The notes beneath the pieces are model-generated. The model was not told the DNA's origin and did no database searches. It saw only the letters and a program-made list of their open reading frames with translations. 64,000 bases of DNA from Trueperaceae bacterium (lineage in GTDB: Bacteria; Deinococcota; Deinococci; Deinococcales; Trueperaceae), in the NCBI GenBank assembly GCA_965213925.1, contig OZ243927.1:1856001-1920000 (forward strand), written 5' to 3'. Both the position numbers and the translations under genes were made by a program. Position 1 is the first letter of the stretch; each line of letters starts with the position of its first letter. Shown here one piece after another: positions 9,739 through 20,164 of this stretch.

Positions 9739-10659
9739 ATGGCACTTCACACGGGTTTAGAGATTTTGGCGGCGGCCCGCAAGGGCGGCTACGGCGTCGG
9801 CGCGTTCAATACGAACAACCTGGAGATCACCCAAGCGATCTTGGAGGCGGCGGAGGAGACGAGAAGCCCCGTGCTCTTGGCGCTCTCGGAGGGTGCCATC
9901 AAGTACGGCGGCAAAAACTTGGTAGATATGGTCGTCAAATTGGGCGACGAGGCGAGCGTGCCGGTCTGCGTTCACCTAGACCACGGCTCCTCTTATGAGT
10001 CGTGCTTGCGCTCGCTCCGCTACGGGCTCACCTCGGTGATGATCGACAAGTCGCACGAGGACGAAGAGACGAATATAGAGGAGACGAAGCGCGTCGTCGA
10101 AGCGGCGCACGCCGTGGGCGCAACCGTCGAGGCGGAGATCGGGCGCTTGGGCGGCGTCGAGGAGCACGTGGTCGTCTCCGAAGAGGACGCAATTCTCACC
10201 AAGCCCGACGAAGCGGAGCGCTTTATGGAGAAGAGCGGCGCGGACTATCTCGCGGTGGCGATTGGCACCTCGCACGGCGCGAACAAGGGCAAAGGACGCC
10301 CCTACATCGACCACGAGCGTATCAAAGAGATCGCGAACCGCCTCCCGCAACCTCTGGTGATGCACGGCGCGAGCGGCGTGCCGAATGATATCGTGGAGCG
10401 TTTGCGGGCAGCAGGGGGGCAGCTCGAATACGCCTCTGGTATCCACGAAGAGGACGTGGAAAAAGCCGTCACCGAAGGAATCGCCAAAATCAATACAGAC
10501 ACAGACCTCCGCCTAGCCTTTACAACTAGAGTGCGCGAAGTGCTCATGAATAAGCCTGAAGAGTTCGACCCGCGTAAAATCTTAGGACCGGCGCGTGACG
10601 AGATGAAAAACGTGGTGAAAAAGCGTATGGAGCTGTTTAAGTCGGCGGGAAAAGCGTAG
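9739..10659 (+). CDS. fba: Class II fructose-1,6-bisphosphate aldolase
   Basis: GAFN, HLDHG, SVMID, AIGTSHG, VMHGASG and KINTDTD motifs. Confidence 0.96.
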   Translation: MALHTGLEILAAARKGGYGVGAFNTNNLEITQAILEAAEETRSPVLLALSEGAIKYGGKNLVDMVVKLGDEASVPVCVHLDHGSSYESCLRSLRYGLTSVMIDKSHEDEETNIEETKRVVEAAHAVGATVEAEIGRLGGVEEHVVVSEEDAILTKPDEAERFMEKSGADYLAVAIGTSHGANKGKGRPYIDHERIKEIANRLPQPLVMHGASGVPNDIVERLRAAGGQLEYASGIHEEDVEKAVTEGIAKINTDTDLRLAFTTRVREVLMNKPEEFDPRKILGPARDEMKNVVKKRMELFKSAGKA

Positions 10660-10828
10660 GGGGTAGTATCCCGTTATAAACGCAGCGAGCCGTATCGTAA
10701 GTTCAAGAGCTGTTCACTTTTAGCAGTTAGGTAGTAGCAAAAGTCTTTCAGCTAAAAGTTAATACCTAAAAGCTTCCTATGAGATTTCAGCGCCACTTTA
10801 GACTTGCGCAGTGCATGAAGGGGGAACA

Positions 10829-11188
10829 ATGGAAGAAATAGACTTAGGCAACGGGCAGATCATCTTAGGGCAAGAGCGCGTGGTGGCGTATACGCATTCG
10901 GATGGAACGTTGAAGGTGCATCTCGAGGGTGGTCACACCCTCCAAACGGACGACGAGGAGCGCATCGAGGTTTTTTTGCGCAACCTCAAGATCAAGTCCA
11001 CCGGACCCTATTTCCGCTCCTCGATCGAGCACGCGCCGGGCGAAGAGACGCAAGACCCGGAAGAGGCGGAAGAGGTAGCGAAAGCCTCCACGGGTGCGGT
11101 AGATGATTCCGAAGAAGATGCAGATGAGGAAGACAAGAAGTCCGAGGAGGCTAAGCATGGCTCGGAGGCGAGTCAGCAAGAGGATTAG
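10829..11188 (+). CDS. Hypothetical protein with acidic low-complexity tail
   Basis: GGGGG SD-like sequence before ATG 10829; typical codon usage. Confidence 0.7.
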   Translation: MEEIDLGNGQIILGQERVVAYTHSDGTLKVHLEGGHTLQTDDEERIEVFLRNLKIKSTGPYFRSSIEHAPGEETQDPEEAEEVAKASTGAVDDSEEDADEEDKKSEEAKHGSEASQQED

Positions 11189-12251
11189 GGTCTAAAGCGA
11201 CGGTGACTCTATCGCGCCCGCCCTCCTTGGCGCGGTAGAGCGCGGCGTCAGCCCTGCTTACGAGCGTACCCAGCGTGTCGCCCGGTCTGTAGCTCGCCAC
11301 GCCGCAACTCACCGTGACCTCGTGGTGCTTGGCGAGCGGTCTAGCCTTGAGGCTCGCCCTGAGCCGCTCGCCTAAAGCGCGTCCCTCTTTCGTTGCCGAA
11401 ACGGGCGTGATGACGATGAATTCTTCGCCCCCCCAGCGCCCGAAGATATCGCTCTCGCGCAGTTCCCCTTTGAGCCGCGCGGCGAGTTCGCGTAAAATCT
11501 CGTCACCGACGTAGTGACCGTAGGTGTCGTTAATGCTTTTGAAGCGGTCGATATCGAGCATCAAGACGGAAAAGCTCTCGCGCCGCCGCTGCGCCGAAGC
11601 GAGGGCGATTTGCGCTAGGACTTCAATTTGGCGGCGGTTGGCGATGCCTGTTAAGAAGTCGTGATATGCCAGACGTTCGAACTGCTCCGCGCTGCGGCGC
11701 GTTTGGCGCAGTTCGGGCTCGAGCCGCGCAAAGGCGTTCAGGGCAAAAATCAGCATGATGTGCGCGAGCGTCATCGTCATAGGGATGAGCAGGTTGAGGC
11801 TCGTGATGCTCGAGGTGGCGATACTGGGGAGGCTCGAGGCGACAAACACCGCGAGAACAATCAGGGTGAAGCGGAGCGCCTTAGGCGGCGAGAGGATAAG
11901 AAAGGTCAGCGCGTAGTAAACCGTGAGGTAGACCTTGATCGAGAGCAGCCCGACGAGGGCGTAGATATCTTGGTCAATCCCGTAAAGCGCGACGAGCCAG
12001 AGCGGAAAGAGCAGCCCGAAGTAAGCGTAGGGTAAACTCTTGTAAAGACGCCGCCCCAACCACCTACGCGGCACGACCAAAAGCCCGAGGTTGAAAACGA
12101 TAAAAAGACCTAGGAACGCTGAACCTAAAAGCGATACATCTCCTAAAAACAGCAGTTCGGTCAGCGCCGCCGTAATACCAAAGAGCGCCAGCGCCACATA
12201 GTATTTACGCTGGAAAAGTGGTGACGTTTGATAGTTAGATGGGGACGACAT
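11151..12251 (-). CDS. Membrane-bound diguanylate cyclase (GGDEF domain)
   Basis: About 6 TM segments then DFLTGIANRR, DIDRFKSINDTYGH, GGEEF and ADAALYRAK; start approximate. Confidence 0.93.
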   Translation of the reverse strand: MSSPSNYQTSPLFQRKYYVALALFGITAALTELLFLGDVSLLGSAFLGLFIVFNLGLLVVPRRWLGRRLYKSLPYAYFGLLFPLWLVALYGIDQDIYALVGLLSIKVYLTVYYALTFLILSPPKALRFTLIVLAVFVASSLPSIATSSITSLNLLIPMTMTLAHIMLIFALNAFARLEPELRQTRRSAEQFERLAYHDFLTGIANRRQIEVLAQIALASAQRRRESFSVLMLDIDRFKSINDTYGHYVGDEILRELAARLKGELRESDIFGRWGGEEFIVITPVSATKEGRALGERLRASLKARPLAKHHEVTVSCGVASYRPGDTLGTLVSRADAALYRAKEGGRDRVTVALDPNPLADSPPSHA

Positions 12252-12583
12252 CAGAGGTAAGGACCTCTCCTTTGCTTTGAGCCTGTTTTGCGGCGTCGGC
12301 GCTAGTATTACAGACGCGTCAAAAAGGTGGTCGAGCGCGCTGCGGCTGCAAGGGCTACTCACTAAGCTTGTACAACTATACCGCCGCGCTACGGCTACTC
12401 ATATGTAAAATTTCTCACTGATGCACCGTAAAGGGGTGGGCGAGAAAGATACCGTTCTACAGCCTCCACCGAAGGAAAAGGGTGATAAAGATTTCTCACC
12501 TCTCTACGCTCAAAAGGGTTAGATGTATTTAGAGCGATACGGTGCTAACTTCACTGATAGCTAAGACACTAATTATAAATAAA

Positions 12584-12613
12584 CTTGACACAGGTAGACT
12601 CAGGTTTTATAGT
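12584..12613 (+). promoter_or_regulatory. Sigma-A promoter of clpB overlapped by an HspR (HAIR)-like operator
   Basis: TTGACA-17bp-TATAGT; CTTGACA-N7-ACTCAGG resembles HAIR CTTGAGT-N7-ACTCAAG. Confidence 0.75.
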
Positions 12614-12622
12614 ACAGTTATT

Positions 12623-15202
12623 ATGGATGCAGAACGACTGACTGAATCAACTCTACAAGCGGTAGCGAGCGCTCAGCAGATCGCGCGGACGCGGGGGCAT
12701 CAGAACATTGTGCCTGCGCACGTAGCGACCTCTTTACTCGCCGACCCGAACAGCCCAGCGGCAAGGGTCGTCGAGCGCGCGGGCGCGAACCTTGACCAAG
12801 CACAAAAAGAACTCGACGCTGTTTTAGACAAGCTCCCTAAAGTTGCAGGGAGTGACAGCCAGTACATGAGTAACGAACTCGCTCGCTCGTTTGGTGAAGC
12901 TGAACGCATTGCTAAGGAGTGGGGCGACTCGTTCGTCGCGGCGGACGCTTTACTTGTGGCGCTACGTAGTGTTGGAGGAAACAGTCTCAACGCACTACCG
13001 AAAGCGAAAGACTTAAAAGAAGCCGCACAAGAGATCAGAAAGGGGCGCACGGTGGATTCGAAATCGGCAGAGACGAGCTTTGAATCGTTGGAAAAGTATG
13101 GCATCGACCTCACGCAGTTAGCGCGTGACGGCAAGTTGGACCCCGTTATCGGACGCGACGAAGAGATTCGCCGCGCCGTGCAGATTCTCTTGCGCCGCAC
13201 GAAGAATAATCCCGTTCTAATCGGGGAACCCGGTGTCGGTAAAACCGCCATCGCCGAAGGCTTAGCCCAGCGTATCATCAACAAAGACGTTCCTGAAGGC
13301 TTGCAGGGCAAGCGCATCATCCAGCTCGACATGGGTTCTCTGCTCGCAGGCGCGAAGTTTCGCGGCGAGTTCGAGGAGCGCCTCAAAGCAGTGATCCAAG
13401 AAACGGTCCAATCTAAGGGAGAAGTCGTCCTCTTCGTAGACGAACTCCACACCATCGTCGGGGCGGGCAAAGCCGAGGGCGCGGTGGACGCGGGCAACAT
13501 GCTCAAGCCGCCTTTGGCAAGAGGTGAACTCCGCATGGTCGGTGCGACGACGCTGAGCGAATACCGCGCGATCGAGAAAGACGCCGCCTTGGAGCGCCGT
13601 TTCCAACCCATCGTCGTGGACGAGCCCGCAGTAGAGGAGACCATCTCCATCTTGCGCGGCATCAAGGAGAAGTACGAGGTGCACCACGGCGTGCGCATCG
13701 CCGACCCCGCCATCATCGCCGCCGCGACGCTCTCGAACCGCTACATTGCGGACAGGCAACTCCCCGACAAAGCGATTGATTTGATTGACGAGGCGGCTTC
13801 ACGCATCCGCGTCCAGCTCGACTCGATGCCCGAAGAGATTGACGACCTGCGCCGCCGCCGCTTGCAGTTGGAGATCGAACAAGAAGCCCTCAAGCGTGAG
13901 GACGACGTAGAGTCCGCTAACCGCCTGCTGCGCATCGAAGAGGAACTCCGCATCATCGAGGACGGTATCAACCAAGCCCAGTCCGACTGGGAAGCGGAGC
14001 GCGAAGTTTTAGACTCTCTCAGGGGCGCTCAGGCAAACCTCGACAGCGTGCGTACGCAGATTGAAGCGGCGGAGCGCGACTACGACCTCAATAAAGCCGC
14101 CGAACTCCGTTATGGGCAACTCCCGAGGTTAGAGCAACAACTCCGCGAGTACACGCAGAAGTTGGAGCACGCCAAGTACGTCCGCTTAGAAGTCGGCGAA
14201 AACGAAGTCGCCGAAGTAGTGAGTCGCTGGACGAACATTCCGCTGTCGCGCCTTATGGAGAGTGAGCGGGAGAAGTTGTTGCGGCTAGAGGACGAACTCC
14301 ACGGGCGCGTCATCGGGCAAGACGAGGCGATTACCGCCGTCGCGGATGCGATTCGCCGCTCCCGCGCCGGACTCGCCGACCCGAACCGTCCCATCGGCTC
14401 GTTCATCTTCTTAGGACCGACGGGCGTAGGTAAGACTGAAACCGCCAAAGCCTTAGCCCAACAACTCTTCGACTCGGAAGACAACCTGATTCGCCTCGAC
14501 ATGTCCGAGTACATGGAGAAGCACACGACCGCCCGCCTCATCGGTGCGCCTCCGGGTTATATCGGTTACGACGAAGGCGGACAACTCACCGAAGCGGTGC
14601 GCCGTCGTCCCTACAGCGTCATCCTGTTCGACGAGATCGAGAAGGCGCACCCGGATGTTTTCAACACGCTCCTGCAACTCCTCGACGACGGACGCCTGAC
14701 CGACTCGCAAGGGCGCACCGTAGACTTCCGCAACACCGTCATCATCATGACCTCGAACATCGGCTCACCGCAGATTTTAGAAGCGAGCCGGAGCGGAGCG
14801 GACTACGACTCCATCAAAGCGACAGTCTTTGGGCTCTTGCAAGGGCACTTCCGCCCCGAGTTCTTGAACCGCGTAGACGACACCATCGTCTTCCACGCCC
14901 TGGAGCAAGACCAAATCGCCGCGATTGCCGAGATTCAGCTCTCGCGCCTGAGAGGACGCCTCCGCGAGCGCCGCATCACGCTCACCTTTTCAGACGCCGC
15001 GATGGAGCAACTCGCCCGCGTCGGCTACGACCCCGTCTTCGGCGCACGCCCCCTAAAACGCGCCATCCAACAGCGCATCGAGACGCCCCTGTCGCGCAAG
15101 ATTATTGCGGGTGAGGTGCAAGATGGGGATGATGTGGTGGTGGAGCCGGGGGCGAGTGGGTTTAGCTTTGAGGTGAAAGAGGTGGCGGTAGCGCTGAATT
15201 GA
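12623..15202 (+). CDS. clpB: ATP-dependent chaperone ClpB
   Basis: Two AAA+ domains ([16 protein letters not shown]) and the long coiled-coil M domain. Confidence 0.98.
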   Translation: MDAERLTESTLQAVASAQQIARTRGHQNIVPAHVATSLLADPNSPAARVVERAGANLDQAQKELDAVLDKLPKVAGSDSQYMSNELARSFGEAERIAKEWGDSFVAADALLVALRSVGGNSLNALPKAKDLKEAAQEIRKGRTVDSKSAETSFESLEKYGIDLTQLARDGKLDPVIGRDEEIRRAVQILLRRTKNNPVLIGEPGVGKTAIAEGLAQRIINKDVPEGLQGKRIIQLDMGSLLAGAKFRGEFEERLKAVIQETVQSKGEVVLFVDELHTIVGAGKAEGAVDAGNMLKPPLARGELRMVGATTLSEYRAIEKDAALERRFQPIVVDEPAVEETISILRGIKEKYEVHHGVRIADPAIIAAATLSNRYIADRQLPDKAIDLIDEAASRIRVQLDSMPEEIDDLRRRRLQLEIEQEALKREDDVESANRLLRIEEELRIIEDGINQAQSDWEAEREVLDSLRGAQANLDSVRTQIEAAERDYDLNKAAELRYGQLPRLEQQLREYTQKLEHAKYVRLEVGENEVAEVVSRWTNIPLSRLMESEREKLLRLEDELHGRVIGQDEAITAVADAIRRSRAGLADPNRPIGSFIFLGPTGVGKTETAKALAQQLFDSEDNLIRLDMSEYMEKHTTARLIGAPPGYIGYDEGGQLTEAVRRRPYSVILFDEIEKAHPDVFNTLLQLLDDGRLTDSQGRTVDFRNTVIIMTSNIGSPQILEASRSGADYDSIKATVFGLLQGHFRPEFLNRVDDTIVFHALEQDQIAAIAEIQLSRLRGRLRERRITLTFSDAAMEQLARVGYDPVFGARPLKRAIQQRIETPLSRKIIAGEVQDGDDVVVEPGASGFSFEVKEVAVALN

Positions 15203-15219
15203 GAGAATTGCTTCAACTG

Positions 15220-15256
15220 AAATAACAGCTAGCTTGTCGAGCTAGCTGTTATTTTT
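15220..15256. terminator. Bidirectional intrinsic terminator
   Basis: AAATAACAGCTAGCT/AGCTAGCTGTTATTT hairpin with A/T tails, between convergent genes. Confidence 0.85.
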
Positions 15257-15648
15257 TAGACTACTAGGTCGCCAAGATAAAACCCGAGAAAGGCGAGAGC
15301 AGCATAGAGAATTAGAAAACTGACGAACTTTCCGAAGGCGCGTAGTCGTCTATTCGAAGGACGATTTCTAAATAGATAGAAAGGGATGATGAGACCTCCG
15401 AAGAATATGAATAAGATAAACATACGCCTACTAAAAGGCTTTCCTCTTTCTGTTCTATCAAAGAAATACCACGCATAGACTAGGAGGTTGAAAATTAACG
15501 CCGAGATGATACGGTAGCCGCCATAAAACGAAGGTAGTTTTTGCTCAATTACAATGTCTAAGACGGAAGCAGTCAAAGCTTCTATACATAAAATCGCCAA
15601 AATAGTATACTTGCGTCTTGTGAAATCCTCTTCTATGCTAGAGTTCAC
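15256..15648 (-). CDS. Hypothetical membrane protein, low GC
   Basis: 130 aa with 4 hydrophobic segments. Confidence 0.65.
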   Translation of the reverse strand: MNSSIEEDFTRRKYTILAILCIEALTASVLDIVIEQKLPSFYGGYRIISALIFNLLVYAWYFFDRTERGKPFSRRMFILFIFFGGLIIPFYLFRNRPSNRRLRAFGKFVSFLILYAALAFLGFYLGDLVV

Positions 15649-15928
15649 TTTTTGAGACCCTCCAGCAAAGCGTTCCCTTGAGCTTGTCCTGCGCCTTGTT
15701 TTCGATTAAGTGGTGAGACAGATGAGCCGAATAGCATAAAAATATTATGCGAAGTAAAAGGCTTTAATGCTGTGCTTATTACACTGACAGGAGTTCCCGA
15801 AGAAGAGTTTTTCGAGTATATCCCCTAACTAATCTACTCACACCCTTAACCCCTCTCAAAACGCTCTTTCAGCGTTTCAGGCGGCGTTGGAGTCGGGCGG
15901 TAGAGCCTCGAGCCTCTCAAAACAGACG

Positions 15929-16318
15929 CTATTCGAGAGGTTCCAAATGCTCCCCCAACCACCTCGTCAGCTCACCGCGCGAGATTTCGGACGACGCAAC
16001 GCCTAAGATAAGCTGCTCTTGCTCGTCTACGCCAGCTTGAATTTCAAAGCCGTTGAGGAGAAGTGTCACTTCCATCGCGGCGTGACCGATGCGTTTGTTG
16101 CCGTCTACGAAAGGGTGATTTTGAATGAGCGAGAAGGCGAGAGCCGCTGCTTTTTCGACGAGAGTAGGATAGAGTTCGGTGTCGCCAAAGGTCATGGCGG
16201 GTTGGATAACGGCTGACTCTAATGCGCCTAAATCTCTTATGCCTTCAGCGCCTCCCGACTGTTGGAGCAGGAGCTTGTGCAGCTCGAGTATCTCGTTTAG
16301 GGTCAGATAGCGTATCAA
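15929..16318 (-). CDS. doc: Doc (death-on-curing, Fic-family) toxin
   Basis: HPFVDGNKR Fic/Doc motif and [10 protein letters not shown]. Confidence 0.93.
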   Translation of the reverse strand: MIRYLTLNEILELHKLLLQQSGGAEGIRDLGALESAVIQPAMTFGDTELYPTLVEKAAALAFSLIQNHPFVDGNKRIGHAAMEVTLLLNGFEIQAGVDEQEQLILGVASSEISRGELTRWLGEHLEPLE

Positions 16319-16509
16319 GCGAGCCGCTTATATAGCTCCGCATTTTTTTCGAGGACACGCTTTGCTGCATTTTGAAAGTCTGTGTGACGCTCGAGCGTCT
16401 CCACTAAACTATTCGCAGCAAATTCTTCAGGGCTGAGGTTGAGCTTAGACGCTATTTGCTCGAGCTTTCTGGCTACATCATCAGAAAAAGTAATCTCAAG
16501 TTTGTGCAT
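16315..16509 (-). CDS. Antitoxin partner of Doc (small RHH-like)
   Basis: 64 aa; C-terminal NAELYKRLA motif; 4-bp overlap with doc. Confidence 0.85.
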   Translation of the reverse strand: MHKLEITFSDDVARKLEQIASKLNLSPEEFAANSLVETLERHTDFQNAAKRVLEKNAELYKRLA

Positions 16510-16560
16510 AGAACTATTTTAGACTATTCTGCTGAGCAGCTTGTCGTGCAATTTGATACC

Positions 16561-16929
16561 TTACTCAACCTCTCGAGCCCCCAGCCACCTCTCAAACGAC
16601 GCCTTACTCTCCTGACTCTTCCGCCCCGCTAAAAGCCCTTCAACCCCAATGTGCTCGTCTAAATCAGCCCATTCAATCCCGTAGCCATCCCCTAAAAGCT
16701 CCCAGTTCTCGCGCTCGGCTGCGCTGCCTGCTTCTAGGCGTGGATACCAGGTAAGCGGAACGCGAAGTTGTCTGCCGTCCTTTAGGGTCACGGTAAGGGT
16801 ATCGGCGTCAATCTGTATGTCTATTGCGGTAACAGAGTTTTCATCCACTGCAAAACGGTTCGGCTTAGTGCTGCTGTAGTCAAACTGATAGTTGGGCAAG
16901 AGGTCATCTTTGTCAGAAGGCATGTCCAT
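16561..16929 (-). CDS. DUF2442-domain protein with an antitoxin-like N-terminus
   Basis: LKDGRQLRVPLTWYPRL and GIEWADLDEHIGVEGLL motifs. Confidence 0.8.
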   Translation of the reverse strand: MDMPSDKDDLLPNYQFDYSSTKPNRFAVDENSVTAIDIQIDADTLTVTLKDGRQLRVPLTWYPRLEAGSAAERENWELLGDGYGIEWADLDEHIGVEGLLAGRKSQESKASFERWLGAREVE

Positions 16930-16946
16930 ACCTTTATACTATCTAC

Positions 16947-17501
16947 ATGCCCCGCGCCGCCGAACCTGTTAAAACAGGCTTGACCTTTGAGGAATACCTC
17001 GAGCTTGAACATGCGAGCCCCGTCAAACACGAATTTGTGGACGGTCAGATGTTCGCGCTAGCAGGTGCGAGCGACAAGCACAACCGCCTCGCGTTTCGTC
17101 TAGCCACGCTGCTCGAGGCGGATAACCAAACCGAGAATTGCGTAGTGTACCTTCTCGACCTCAAAATGTGTACGCCGAACGGTGTTGGCTATTATCCAGA
17201 CGTTTTTGTGACGTGCGAAGAAGAGACTGATACCTATGTCAAGCGTAAACCTTGTCTTATTGTTGAAATCTTATCCGCTTCAACTGAGGCGATTGACAGA
17301 GGTGAAAAGCTCCACAACTACCGAACCTTCGAGACGCTGCAGGCTTATGTACTCGTCAATCAAGGCGTGGCAAGAGTAGAGATGTACCGCCGCGAAGATG
17401 ACGGGACATGGCGGTACGAGGAGTGTGAAGCGGGCGAGACGTTGAGGTTGCCCTGTCTCGGCTTCGAGTTACATGTTGACGACCTCTACAAGGGGGCGTG
17501 A
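16947..17501 (+). CDS. Uma2 (DUF820) family putative endonuclease
   Basis: KHEFVDG, YYPDV and IVEILSAST..DRGEK motifs. Confidence 0.93.
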   Translation: MPRAAEPVKTGLTFEEYLELEHASPVKHEFVDGQMFALAGASDKHNRLAFRLATLLEADNQTENCVVYLLDLKMCTPNGVGYYPDVFVTCEEETDTYVKRKPCLIVEILSASTEAIDRGEKLHNYRTFETLQAYVLVNQGVARVEMYRREDDGTWRYEECEAGETLRLPCLGFELHVDDLYKGA

Positions 17502-17539
17502 AGGTGGTACTAGACATCTTTAGGCATTGAAGGGCTATA

Positions 17540-17646
17540 TAGCTGACTCTAGCGTGCCTTTTCCAAGCCTCTTCAGCACCTTTTGCTTGTTGAAATAGTA
17601 GAGCGTGCAACTCGAGCATCTCTTCTAAGGTCAGATAACGTATCAA
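17540..17646 (-). pseudogene. Truncated doc toxin remnant
   Basis: MIRYLTLEEMLELHALL matches the N-terminus of Doc at 16318, then similarity is lost; 3' limit approximate. Confidence 0.75.
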
Positions 17647-17837
17647 GCGAGTCGCTTGTACAACTCCGCATTTTTGTCAAGGACGCGCTTTGTAACATTT
17701 TGAAAGTCTGCGTGACGCTCGAGCGTCTCTAACAAGCTATTCGCGGCAAATTCTTCAGGGCTGAGGTTGAGCTTGGACGCCACGTGCTCGAGCTTCTTGG
17801 CGACATCGTCGGAAAAAGTAATTTCGAATTTGTGCGT
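17643..17837 (-). pseudogene. Second copy of the Doc antitoxin with start codon changed to ACG
   Basis: Same 195-nt length and near-identical protein to 16315-16509. Confidence 0.75.
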
Positions 17838-18153
17838 AGCGTTATTTTGGAACGAGGTGGGCAAGCAGAGCATTTGAGGAGGCTTAGAGAGTACGAAGAG
17901 CGCGCAGCGGTGCTTGTGGACGCATTGGTCGAACTTGCTGCGGCGAGTCGCGCCGAGCTAGAGTTCGCGGACCCCACGCCGGGGCTGAGTAGGTGATGTG
18001 ACGGCGCTTCTGCGCTACTGACGACCAAGCAAGCTTCCGCTCACCTCCACCTATAGCCGCTACAGGGCGAAACCCGTGTCACCTTTGTCTTTTTTTCCGC
18101 CCCCGTTCTTTATCGCCTCGCGGTAGACTAGAGCGGTACGGGAGGACGAACTT

Positions 18154-20094
<1,941 letters not shown>

Positions 20095-20112
20095 GGCAAA
20101 AGAGGAGAAACA

Positions 20113-20150
20113 AAAAAGAACCCCGCGCTTGGCGGGGTTCTGGGCTCTTT
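20113..20150. terminator. Intrinsic terminator between convergent genes
   Basis: AAAAAAGAACCCCGC..GCGGGGTTCT hairpin; T-tail on the minus strand. Confidence 0.8.
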
Positions 20151-20164
20151 GTAGGGCTGAGGGT

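Noticed and set aside
12423..12545. GCACCGTA...TACGGTGC inverted pair upstream of clpB as another MITE
   Set aside because: Only an 8-bp IR with no second copy in the window
12700..13716. 338-aa antisense ORF inside clpB, and similar shadow ORFs in glgX, slpA, glgP and fabH
   Set aside because: Expected antisense or alternate open frames in GC-rich coding DNA, with no recognisable motifs
17784..17996. 70-aa plus-strand ORF
   Set aside because: Overlaps the decayed antitoxin copy, with no SD or motif; at most a gene remnant
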